Source: Magnetospirillum sp.
GTDB taxonomy: Bacteria; Pseudomonadota; Alphaproteobacteria; Rhodospirillales; Magnetospirillaceae
DNA: 49,809 nt
Reading direction: 5' to 3'
Assembly (NCBI GenBank): GCA_016212565.1
Contig: JACRFY010000088.1
Coordinates: 1 to 49,809 of the forward strand
Shown here: positions 1-12,200 of the stretch, piece after piece
Position numbering within the stretch: the first letter of the stretch is position 1
Layout of the letters: each line of letters opens with the position of its first letter
The notes under the pieces: model-generated
The model's database searches: none
The model's input: the letters and a program-made list of their open reading frames with translations, nothing else
What the model was told of the DNA's origin: nothing
Program-made: the position numbers and the translations under genes

Positions 1-138
1 CACCTCGCCGATCGAATTGACGGTGGCGTAGATCACCTCGACCAGACGATAGCCCGAAGCCCCCTGGAGGGCGATCACGTCACCGGAGGTGAAGTCGGTG
101 ATGGTGTCGAAGCTGTCGCCGACACTGTCGCCGGCGGC
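1..138 (-). repeat. Left arm of a >=138-bp inverted repeat (truncated by the window edge)
   Basis: Bases 1..138 are the reverse complement of 934..1071 with 135/138 matches (mismatches at 35, 46, 90). The minus strand reads AAGDSVGDSFDTITDFTSGDVIALQGASGYRLVEVIYATVNSIGEV, the same peptide the + strand encodes at 934..1071. ORF-track cross-check: ORF 89..409(+) and ORF 699..974(-) both open with MVSKLSPTLSPAA. Confidence 0.9.
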
Positions 139-210
139 ATCGGCGGCGACAGAGGCGGCGGCTGCGGCGTCGGCGCCGGCGTGGGCGGCCTCGGCGACGA
201 CGCCTATCAC
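1..210 (-). CDS. Possible 5' portion of a divergent paralogous RTX-adhesin-like gene running off the left edge, or a non-functional inverted-duplication remnant
   Basis: The minus frame in phase with the giant ORF reads ..VIGVVAEAAHAGADAAAAASVAADAAGDSVGDSFDTITDFTSGDVIALQGASGYRLVEVIY.. This is an Ala-rich linker followed by the conserved module, as in the + gene. Candidate GTG starts lie at 210 and 273. There is no visible promoter or intergenic space, and the region overlaps the + ORF, so this is very uncertain. Confidence 0.25.
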   Translation of the reverse strand, partial: MIGVVAEAAHAGADAAAAASVAADAAGDSVGDSFDTITDFTSGDVIALQGASGYRLVEVIYATVNSIGEV

Positions 211-3200
211 GGCGGCAGCGACGGCAGCGACGACAGTCCGGCCGACACGGTCAAGTATTCCAGCGCCATCCACACCATCACCGTCGACCTCGCCGCCGGC
301 ACCGCCAGCGGCGTCGACATCGGCAGCGACACGCTGGACGGCATCGAGCACGTCATCGGTGGCCAGGGCGACGATTTCATCATCGGCAACGCCGCCGACA
401 ATTCCTTGAACGGCGGGGCCGGCATCGACTCGCTGACCGGCGGCACGGGGGCCGACACCCTGACCGGCGGCAGCGGCGGCGACACCTTCACCATCACCGC
501 TTCCGCCGCCGCTGTCGCCGCCGCCACTGCCGCCGCCGCCGCCCAAGCCGATGCCGCCCAAGCCGGCGCAGACGCCGTAGCCGCCGCCGCTGTCGCCGCC
601 GATGCCGCGGCAGCCGCCACCGCCGCGATCGCAGCCGTCAATGGCGCCGACACTGCCGCCACCACCGCCACCACCACCGCCATTGCCGCCGCCGCCGCCT
701 ACGCCGATGCTGTCGCCGCCAACGCAGATGCCGCGACTCTCGCCGCCCTGGCCGCCGCCCAGACCGCCGCCGAAACCGACGCCGCTATCGCCACCGGGAT
801 GGCCAGCAGCGCCCACGCTCTCGCCGACGCCGCCCAAACCAACGCCGATGCCCTCCTCGCCGCTGCCGTTGCCGCCGACGCCGCCGCCGCCATCGCTCTC
901 GACGCTGCCGCCGCCGCCCCCACCGCCGCCCGCGCCGCCGGCGACAGTGTCGGCGACAGCTTCGACACCATCACCGACTTCGCCTCCGGTGACGTGATCG
1001 CCCTCCAGGGGGCTTCGGGCTATCGCCTGGTCGAGGGGATCTACGCCACCGTCAATTCGATCGGCGAGGTGGCCACCGCCATCGCCGCCGACACCCGGCT
1101 GGCCGATGCCGTCGTCCGCTTCCAGGTCAACGGGGATTCGAGCACCTACTTGTACGTCTCCGGCGACGGCGGCGGCACGTCGTACGATGGAACCGTCATC
1201 CGTCTGGAGAACGGCGCCGTTCCGGCGTGGAGCGATTTCAGCGGCGTCAAAGGCCGCATCGTCTTGGATTCCGGCGCCGCGGAGAGCCTGACCGGCGGCA
1301 GCGGCGACGACCTGCTGATCCACGCCGGCGGCGTCGACACGGCCGAGGGCGGTGCCGGCAACGACACGGTCGAGATCCGCCTGACCGCCTCGCAGTCGCT
1401 GATGGGCTTCGACGTGATCGGCACCACCGGGCTCCGGGTCAACATATCCGGGGACAACGGCCAGTCGGTGGCCCATTCGCTCGAGATCGCCGGCCAGTTC
1501 GGCAGCGGCGGGGTCGAAACCCTGCGCCTGGTCAAAGAGGTCAGCACCGGGGTCTACGAGACCCAGACCTATTCGCTGTCCACCACCCGCGGCACCCAGG
1601 GCGGCACCGGATCCGAGATCCTGGTCACGGCGGCCACCGGAAGTTCGCTGAACGGCGGCGCCGGCGACGACTGGATCCTCGGCGATGCCGGCGCCGACAC
1701 CCTGACCGGCGAAGGCGGCGAGGACGTCCTGGTCGGCGGTGCGGGTGACGACACGCTGGCCGGCGGGGCGGCCGGCGACGTCCTGCTCGGCCAGGGCGGC
1801 GCCGACACCTTCCGCATCTTCGCCGGCACCTCGACGGTCGCCGATCCCGACGTGATCGGCGATTTCGACGGCAATACCGACATCATCAGCTTCGTCGGCA
1901 TGTCCGACGCCTCCTACCGCGCCCAGCCCTTCACCTTCGCCACCGATGCCGCGACCACCGCCGGCCAGATCGCCGCCGACAGCACCCTGGGCAATGTGGT
2001 GGTGTTCTTCGCCGACCTGAACGGCCAGACCTCGTACCTGTACGTCCGCAATCCCGGTACGAGCCTCGACGGCACCCTGGTCGAGTTGCGCGGTGTCGTG
2101 ACCATGCCGCCGCTGTCGGCGATCGACGGCGTCATCGGCTACGCTCCCACCGAGGGCAACGACATCCTGGTCGGCAACGCCTCGGTCAATGCTCTCTCCG
2201 GCCTGGGCGGCGACGATTCCCTTGAGGGGCGCGGCGGCGACGACCTGCTCGACGGCGGCGATGGCGCCGACGTCGCCAAGTTCACCGGGACCTCGGACGC
2301 CTACACCATCTCGGCCAGCGGCCTGACCGTGACCGTCGCCGATTCGACCGCCGGCCGCGACGGCAGCGACACACTGACCAATGTCGAGGCGCTGGACTTC
2401 GCCGGCGACGGCGCGCCGCTCTCGATCGACCTGACGTCCTCGACCAGCCCGCGGCTGATGGCCGGCGACGGCGCCGATTCGCTGGTCATCGGCAGCGGCA
2501 TCGAAGCGGTGGACCTGGGGGCCGGCGACGATGCCCTGACCCTGGCGGTCGGTTCCGCCCACGCGACGTCGATCCAAGGCGGCGCCGGCACCGACACGGT
2601 GCGGCTGTCCGGAACCCTCGCCGACACCGCCTTCGCCACCATGGCCGGTGTCGAGCGCCTGGAGCTGACGGGAACCACCGCCCTGACGTTGGGCGGAAAT
2701 TCGGCCATTGCCGGAATTGTCGCCGTCGATGCCGCGGGGGCCGGCGGCGCCGTCACCATCGACGCCACCACCCATGGCGGAGCCGTCACCCTGACCGGCG
2801 GCGCCGGCAACGATACAATCACCGGCACCTCCGAGAGCGGAGCGGCGCCGGCTTTGTCGGTGACGGCCCTCGACGGCAAGAACGGCTTCGCCATGAACGG
2901 CGAGGCGGCGGGCGATTCGTTGGGAATCCAGCTCGGGGCCCTGGGCGACATCAACGGCGACGGCTTCGACGACGTCATCGTCTCCGCGCGCGAGGCCGAT
3001 CCCGCCGGCAACTCCCGCGCCGGCTCGGCCTATGTGGTGTTCGGCAAGGCGAGCGGATGGTCGAGCCAGCTCGACCTGGCGTCGCTGAATGGGACCAGCG
3101 GCTTCCGCATCGACGGCAGCGCGGTCGACGACATGCTGGGCATGGAGGTGCGCGGCGTCGGCGACGTCAACGCCGATGGCATCGACGACTTCGCCTTCAG

Positions 3201-6200
3201 TGCCGGTGGCACCGATTTCAACGGCCTCACCACCTCCGGCTCGGTCTACGTGGTATTCGGCAAGAAGAGCGGGTGGACGGCGAGCCTGAGCGTCGCCGGC
3301 CTCGACGGCAGCACCGGGTTCCGGGTCGATGGCGCCGCGGCCGGCGATACCATCGGTCGCGCCGTCGGCGCGGCAGGCGACGTCAATGGCGACGGCATCG
3401 GCGACCTCTCTATCGGCTCGCCGTTCGTCGGCAGCGGCGATCCCGGCGGCGTCTCGGTGCTGTTCGGCAAGGCATCGGGCTGGACGGCGACCATGAGTCT
3501 CGCCACCATCGACGGCAGCAACGGGTTCAATCTGACCAGCACCGTCATCGGTGGCGGGGTGGGATACAGCGTCGCCTCGGCCGGCGACTTCAACCACGAC
3601 GGTTACGACGACCTGATCGTCGGCGCTCCCACCGACGCCGGAAAGGCCTATGTCGTCTATGGCCACGGCGGCGCCTGGACGTCGTCCTCGTCGCTCGGAT
3701 CCCTGGACGGCAGCAACGGCTTTGCCATCCTGGGCGGCGCCACCGGCGACGTGACCGGGCTCAACGTCGACGGCGGCGCCGATCTCAATCACGACGGTTA
3801 CGCCGATCTGATCGTTTCGGCCGACCATGCCGACCTTGCCGGCACCGCCGACGGCGGCGCCGCTTATGTCATCTACGGCAAAGCCGGCACGGTCGCGCCG
3901 ACGCTGTCCCTGTCCGCGTTCACCGCCACCGATGGGGTGGTGATCGAAGGCGCCAATAACAACGATCTGGCCGGCAGGGGCGTGTCGTTCCTCGGCGACG
4001 TCAACGGCGACGGCGTCGACGACGTCGTGATCGGCGCCCCGTATGCCGATTCCCCTGGGGCCTCGGACGGCGGTTCCGCCTACGTGCTTTACGGCAAGGC
4101 GGGCGGAATCGGCTCCGGCGGCACCCTGTCGCTGGGCGCACTGACCGTCGCCGACGGCTTCCGCATCGACGGAGTCGCCGGCTCGAAGCTCGGCTACACC
4201 GCGCGCGGAGCCGGCGACGTCAATGGCGACGGCCGGGCCGATATCCGCGTCGGTGCCGAATATGCCGATCCTGCCGGCCGCACAAACGCCGGCGCCGCCT
4301 ATTTGGTATTCGGCGCCGCCGACGATACCCTGACCGGCGGCGGCGGCGCCGACGTGCTGACCGGGGGCGCCGGCACCGATCTGTTCGTCTATGCGGCCGG
4401 CGATTCGGCGGTGGGCGGCGTCGACACCATCGCCGACTTCAGCCCCGGCACCGACGTCATCCGCCTGAGCGGTGCCGCCGGCTATCACTTCCTCACCCAG
4501 GTGGTTGCCGTTTCCGGCAACGCCGTCACCACCGCCATCGCCGGCCTCGATTCCAATTACGACGATTCTGTGGTGGCGTTGAGCAACGGCACCGACGGCT
4601 GGCTCTACGTCAAGGGCGACGGCGACGGCATCGGCGCCGATTTCGACGGCACCCTGATCGCCGTCACCGGCCTCAAGGCGCGGCCGACGATGGCAGCCGT
4701 CGAGGGCGTCGACGGGGACCTGTATGTCGGCACCAGCGGCGACGACACCCTGACCCTCAACCAGGGGGCGGTGTTCCGCGGCGGCCTGGGCAACGACACC
4801 TATGTCGTCAGCGCGGTCTCGGCGATGGTGATCGCCGATGCCGGCGGCACCGATGTGCTCGATGTCACGGCGATGCCCGAAAGCGCGTTCGTCGGCATGA
4901 GCCGGTCGGGCAGCGATCTGGTGATCACGCTGTGGAACGGGACCTCCCAGATCGACACCGTGATCAAGGATCACTTCGGCGCCGGCACCATCGAGAACGC
5001 CACCGACGGCAGCGGCACGATGCACTTCGCCACCGGCCTGACCGGCACCGGCGGCGACGACATCATCGTCGGCACCGGTGCCGGCGAAACCCTGACCGGC
5101 GGCGGCGGCGACGACGAGTTCTTCGGCGGCGGCGGCGCGGATACCTTCGTCGGCGATGCCACCGCCACCGCCTGGGGCGGGATCGAGGGCGGCTCGGTCA
5201 GCTATGCCGTGGCGGCGTCGGGGGTGACGGCCAACCTGACCACCGGCACCGGCGTTCTGGGCGGCGCGACGCAGACCTTCGTCGCCATCACCCGGGTGGA
5301 GGGCTCGGCCTTCGCCGATGCGCTGACCGGCAGCAGCCATGGCGGCGACCTCGAAGGCCGCGCCGGCAACGACAGCCTGACCGCCGGAGCGGCGAATACC
5401 TGGGCGGTGTACGACAGTTCGCCGAGCAAGGTGGTGGTCAACCTGTCGCTCGCCACCCAGGCCGGCGTGACATCGATGCATGCCAGCGACGGCTTCGGCG
5501 GCGACGACACCCTGAGTGGCATTCGCGCCGTCCAGGGCTCCGGCTTCGCCGACACCCTGTATGCCGGCAACGACGGCGACACCCTGAGCGGCGGCGCCGG
5601 CAACGACGACCTCCACGGCGGCGCCGGCAGCGACATGCTCGGCGTGCGCAATGCCGACAGCGACACCGTCGACGGCGGCGGCGGCACCGACACCCTGTAC
5701 ATCGACGAGAACGGCAACGGAGCCACCGCCTACGATCTCACCGGCCATGCCGGCACCATCGACGGCATCGAGCGCATCAACCTCGACTGGAAGGGCCAGA
5801 ACGTCGCCCTGACCGTCAGCCAAAGCGCCATCGCCGCCACCACCAGCGGCAACGCGCTGACCGTCGAGGGCAGTGCCGGCGATTCGGTGGTCGCCCACGG
5901 CACCTGGACTCACACCGCCAACGAGACCTCCGGCAACACCTACCGCGTCTTCACCGGCAGCAACGGCGAGGTCCTGAAGGTCGATTCCGACGTGGCGATG
6001 AGCTTCGACAGCGCCATGGCGCCGCTGATCACCGGCTCGGGCGCCGGCAATTTGGCCGAGGGCGGCACGTTGACGGTGAGCGCGGCCTTGCTCGGCGCCG
6101 ACGACGTCGATACCGCGGCGGCGAACCTGACCTTCCGCGTCGCCACCCTGCCCGCCCATGGCCAGCTTCGCCTCGACGGCAGCCTGCTCACCGTCAACGC

Positions 6201-9200
6201 CACCTTCACCCCGGCCGATCTGGCCGCCGGCAAGGTGACCTTCGTCCATGACGGCGGCGAGACCACCGCCGACAGCTTCGCCGTCACCCTTGGCGACGGC
6301 AGCAACACCACCGCCGCGCGGACCATTTCGTTGAGCGTCGCGCCGGTCAACGATGCCCCAGTGGCGGCGGCCGATGCCAACACCTATGGGGCGACCCCGC
6401 TGGCCATCGCCACCACCACCGCCTTTGACACCGAGTCCTTCACAATCGGCGGCCAGACCTACCTCGCCGCCGCCGGCGGCGACCTGGCCATCCACCGCTG
6501 GGACGGCACCCGGTTCACCACGGTCCAGACCCTGCCCCAGACCGCGTTGGCCAAGGGCCTGGACAGCTTCACCATCGGCGGCGAGACCTATCTTGCGGTA
6601 GCCAACAGCGTCGCCAGCGGCGACTACACCATCGGCTCGATCATCTACCGCTGGAACGGCACCCAGTTTGCCCAGGTCCAGTCGATTGCCACCAGCGGCG
6701 CCACGGACTGGGAAGCCTTCACGGCCGGCGGCAACAGCTATCTGGCGGTCGCCAACAGCTATGACGGCACCAGCGCCAACATTACCTCGTGCATCTACCA
6801 GTGGAACGGCACCCAGTTCGCCCAGGTGGCATCCATCGCCACGTCCTACATCCAGGACTGGGAAAGCTTCGAGATCGACGGACAGGTCTACCTGGCCTCG
6901 GCCAACATTAGCGATACACCTGTCGTCTACAAGTGGAACACCGACACCAGTCAGCTCGACTCCATCCAGAGCTTCTCCGACTCCACCCCCTCGGACTGGA
7001 CCAGCTGCAAGATCGCCGGCGAGACCTACCTCGCAGGATTCACCTATGATGCGAGTTTGAACACCTCTAAGATCTACAAGTGGAACGCCGGTACGGCGCA
7101 GTTCGCCCCGGTGCAGACGCTCGTGACCGCCGCGGTCCGCGACGTCGAGGCGGTGCAGATCGGCACCGACACCTATCTTGCCCAGGCGTCCTATACCACC
7201 GGCTCGGTCATCTACAAGTGGAACGGCAGCCAGTTCACCGCGTGGGACACCGTTACGGCCAGTTCCGCCAGGGACTGGGAAGGCGTCACCATCGACGGCG
7301 AGACCTATCTTGCCGTCGCCGAGTATGGTGCCGCCAGTTCCCGCCTCTACCGCTTCAACCCCGAAACGGGCAGCTTCATCCAGGCATTCGAGGCCACCCC
7401 GGACCTCACCACCGCCGAGAACGCGCCGCTCGCCATCGCCGCCTCCAGCCTGGTGGCCAATGATAGCGACGTCGACGGCGACACGCTGACCATCACCACG
7501 GTCGCCATGGCGCCGGGTGACGAGGGCAAGGGGACGGTGAGCCTCAGCGGCGGCACCGTCACCTTCACCCCCTCCGCCGCCGGCGATGCCCTGAATGGCG
7601 GCGAGGTGTCCAACGTCGGCTTCACTTATACCGTCTCCGACGGCCACGGCGGCACCGCAACCGCGACGGCGACCGTGCGGGTGGTCGGCGTCAACGACGC
7701 GCCGGCCGTCACGCTGCCGGCCAGCGTGTCCGCCATCGAGGACACGCCCACATCCCTTACTCTGACGGTTGCCGACGTCGACTCGGACAGCCTCACCACG
7801 ACACTGAATGTCGCCCACGGCACCCTGAGCCTGGGCTCGACCACCGGGCTGACCGTCAGCGGTGCCGGCACCGGGGCGGTGGCCCTGAGCGGCTCGGGCG
7901 CCGATCTCCACAGCGCGCGGGCCACCCTGTCCTACACGGGCACGGCGAACTACAACGGCGCCGACAGCCTGACCGTCACCACCTCGGACGGGACGCTGTC
8001 GGACACCGACAGCGTCGCCATCACCATTTCCGCGGTCGCCGACGCGGCGACGTTCGGCGGCAACCTGACCGCAACCGTCGGCGCCCAGACGCCGGACATC
8101 ATCCGCCTCGACACCACCAGCGCCGGCGCCCAGGCCAATGGCAATACCAATTCTTACGCGTCCTTCTCGGCCGACGGCAATCTCGTCGCTTTCACCAGCG
8201 CCGCCACCAACCTGGTCGACGGCGACAGCAACGGCAAGTGGGACGTCTTCGTCAAGAACCTGACCACCGGCGCGGTCACCCGGGTCAACACCCTGGCCGA
8301 CGGTAGCCAGACCACCGGCAATGCCACCTTCCAGAGAGTGGCGCTCTCGCCCGACGGCACCAAGGTAGCCTTCATGAGCGAGGCCACCGATCTGGTGGGC
8401 AGCGATACCAACGGCGTGGTCGACATCTTCGTCAAGGATCTGGTCACCGGAGCGCTGGTGCGGGTCAACACCGCCGCCGACGGTACGGCGGCCAACAGCG
8501 CTCCAAGCCTTCTCGCCTTCACCCCCGACGGCAACAATCTGGCGTTCGACACCGGCGCCTCCAACCTGACGGCCGGCGACACCACGGTCTGGGACATTTT
8601 CCTCAAGAGCCTCACGGGGACGAATGTCGACGGGAATCTGGCGTCGACGATCACCAAGCTCAGCACCAGTGCGAGCGGCACCGCCGGCAATGGCAACAGT
8701 ACCGAGGTGGCGTTCTCGGCGGACGGCACCAAGGTGTCGTTTGTGAGCGTTGCCACCAATCTCGTGTCCGGCGACACCGGAACCACCGATATTTTCGTCA
8801 AGGATTTGGCCACCGGAAGCGTCACCAAGGTCAGCCAACTTTCCAACGGCACTGGGGGCAACGTCTCCAGTACTTCGACCAGCATCTCGGCCGACGGCAC
8901 CAAGGTCGCCTTCCGTTACGACGGCACCGGCTTCTCGGCCGCCGCCGACACCAATGGTACCGGCGACATCTACGTCAAGGACCTGACCAGCGGGGCGATG
9001 ACCCTGGTCAGCACCGCCGCCGACGGCACGGCCGCCAACGCGCTGTGCACGCTGCCGGCGATCTCGCCCGACGGCACCAAGGTGGTGTTCACCAGCACCG
9101 CCACCAACCTGGTGCCGGGGGTGACCAGCGGCGTCTCGCAGCTCTACCTCAAGGATCTGGTTACCGGAGCCATCTCGGTCATCAGCGCCGCCGCCGACGG

Positions 9201-12200
9201 TACCGTGGGCAACGCTGTTTCCAACGTGCCACTGTTCACCCCCGACGGCACCCACGTCGAATTCATCAGTGGCGCCACCAACCTGGTCGCCGGCGACACC
9301 AACGCCACCTACGACATCTTCTTGAAGACCCTGCCGCAGACCGGCTCGGTGTCCGGCACGGCGACGGCGAGCGACGTCGACGGCGCCACCGCGTTTACTG
9401 CCCAGACGGCCACCGCCGGCACCTATGGCAGCTTCTCGATCACCGCCGCCGGCAGGTGGACCTACACCCTCGATAGCGGCGCCTACGCCCCGCTGGCGGC
9501 CGGCCAGACCGCCACCGAGACCTTCGCCGTCACCGCCACCGACGGCACCACCCAGAATGTGGTCGTCACCGTCAAGGGCACCAACGATGCCCCGGTCAAC
9601 ATCCTGCCGGCGACGACGATCACCGCCGCCGAGGATGCCAGCCAGGCGATCACCGGGCTCACGGTGGCCGACGTCGACGGCGGCAACCTGACCACCACGC
9701 TGGCGGTCGGCCACGGCACCCTGAGCCTGGGCTCGACCACCGGACTGACCGTCACCGGCGCCGGCACCGGGGCGGTGACGCTCAGCGGCTCGGGGGCCGC
9801 TCTCAACAGCGCGCTGGGCACCCTGTCCTATCTGGGGACCGGCAACTACAACGGCGCCGACAGCCTGACCGTCACCACCTCGGACGGGACACTGTCGGAC
9901 ACCGACAGCGTCGCCATCACCATTTCCGCAGTCGCCGACCCGGCGACGTTCGGCGGCAACCTGAGCGCAACCGCCGGCGCGGTGACGCCGACCACCATCC
10001 GGGTCAACACCGACTTGGCCGGCGCCCAGGCCACCGGCGGCAACACCAATTCCGCAGCATCCTTCTCGGCCGACGGGCGGCTGATGGCCTTCACCAGTTC
10101 CGCCACCAACCTGGTGAGTGGCGACACCAACGCCGACTACGACATCTTCGTCAAGAACATCGGCACCAGCACCGTCAACGGCCTGGCGCCCGGCCAGGTG
10201 ATCCGCGTCAACACCCTGGCCGACGGCAGCCAGCCCGCCGGCGTGACCGGCGTCTCGCCGACGAGCATCGCCATCTCGCCCGACGGCACCAAGGTCGCCT
10301 TCCTCAGCTCCGCCACCGACCTGGTGGCCGGCGATACCAACGGCGTGGCCGACCTCTTCGTCAAGGATCTGACCACCGGAGCGCTGACCCGGGTCAACAC
10401 CGCCGCCGACGGGAGCGAAGCCAACGCCACCGTGGGCGCCTTCACCTTCACCCCCGACGGCAACATCGCCTTCGACACCACCGCCACCACCCTGACGGCG
10501 GGAGATACGGCGGTCCGCGACATCTTCCTCAAGAACCTGACCACGGGAGCGGTCACCAAGTTCAGCCCCTATGCGGACGGCACCGCCGGCACCAGCAATA
10601 CCGGTCTTGGCGGGTTCTCGGCGGACGGCACCAAGGTGGTGTTCACCAGCGCTGCCAGCAACCTGGTGGCGGGCGACACCAACGGGCTGGGCGACATTTT
10701 CGTCAAGGATCTGACCACCGGAACCGTCACCCGGGCCAGCGTGCTGGCGGACGGGTCCCAGGCCAATGGCAACCTGGAATCGCCCACCCTGTCGGCCGAC
10801 GGCACCAAGGTGGCGTTCCGCTACTACGGCACCGGATTCTCGGCCGCCGACACCAACGGACTCACCGACATCTACGTCAAGGATCTGACCACCGGCAGCA
10901 TGACCCTGGTCAGCGCCGCCGCCGACGGCACGGTCGGCAACGCGCTGTCCATTGGCGCGGCGATTTCGCCTGACGGCACCAAGGTGGCCTTCCTCAGCAG
11001 CGCCACCAATCTGGTGACCGGCGACACCAACGCCAGCACCGATGTTTTCGTCAAGGATCTCGTCACCGGGGCCATAACACGGGCGTCCACCGCCACCGAC
11101 GGCACCCAGGCGAATGCTTTCACCCCGATCAGCGTCCTGCCCGACAGCAACCGGGTGATTTTCATCAGCAGCTCTACCAGCTTGGTTGCCGGCGACACCA
11201 ACAACGCCTACGACCTGTTCATCAAGACCCTGCCCTTCGCCTCCACCATCACCGGCACGGCGACGGCAAGCGACGTCGACGGCGCCACCGCGTTTACTGC
11301 CCAGGCGGCGACCGCCGGCACCTATGGCAGCTTCTCGATCACCGCCGCCGGCAAGTGGACCTACACCCTCGATAGCAGCGCCTATGCCCCGCTGGTGGCC
11401 GGCCAGACCGCCACCGAGACCTTCGCCATCACCGCCACCGACGGCACCAGCCAGAACATCGTCGTCACCGTCAACGGCGCCGACGACGCGGCCGCCCTGG
11501 TCGCCGACACGGCGTCGGTGACCGTCGGCGGGACCGCCACCGGCAACCTGCTGACCAACGACGTCGACGTCGACACCGGCAGCAGCTTCACCGTCACCGG
11601 AATCACCTCCGAGGACTCGGCCGCCCACTTCACCGGCGTCGGCAAGCTGACCACCACCCCGATCGTCGCCAGCGCCACCACCGGGCAGCAGGTGTCGGTG
11701 TCCTTCGACATGAAGTGGGACGGGACGCAGTTGGTCATGCCCGTCGGCTTCACTACCTACTCTCTCTATGTGTCTAACGGCGGCTTCGGCTTCAACACCG
11801 GGAACAGCGACGATATCTTCGGCATTGCCAACGGCAGCGCCCTGGCCGGCGACTGGCACAGCATCACTGCGGTGTTCACCCAAGGAAACGTCGGCGCCAG
11901 CAAGCTTTATATCGATGGCGTCGAGCAAACCCTGGGGCAGATCAACGGCTCGGCCAACAACGCCAATGCCATCATCACCGATACCCTCAACCTGGCGGGC
12001 TGGGCGCATCCGACCATCCCCGATGGCTACCGCTTCTCCGGCGACCTCGCCAACGTGCAACTGCACGACCGGGCGCTGACCGCCGCCGAAGCGGCCCAGG
12101 TCGCCGAGGGCACCGTCGTCGCCAGCGGGCTGGTGGCGCAGTACGAGTTCAATTCCGGGGCCCTGCTGGTCGACAGCTCGGGCAACGGCCACACCGCGAC

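Noticed and set aside
89-997. ORFs 89..409(+), 207..683(-), 602..997(+) and 699..974(-) at the left end
   Set aside because: They are poly-Ala/Pro/Ser translations of the GCC-rich tract in other frames. Their only use is as independent evidence for the inverted repeat, since 89..409 and 699..974 share the MVSKLSPTLSPAA start.
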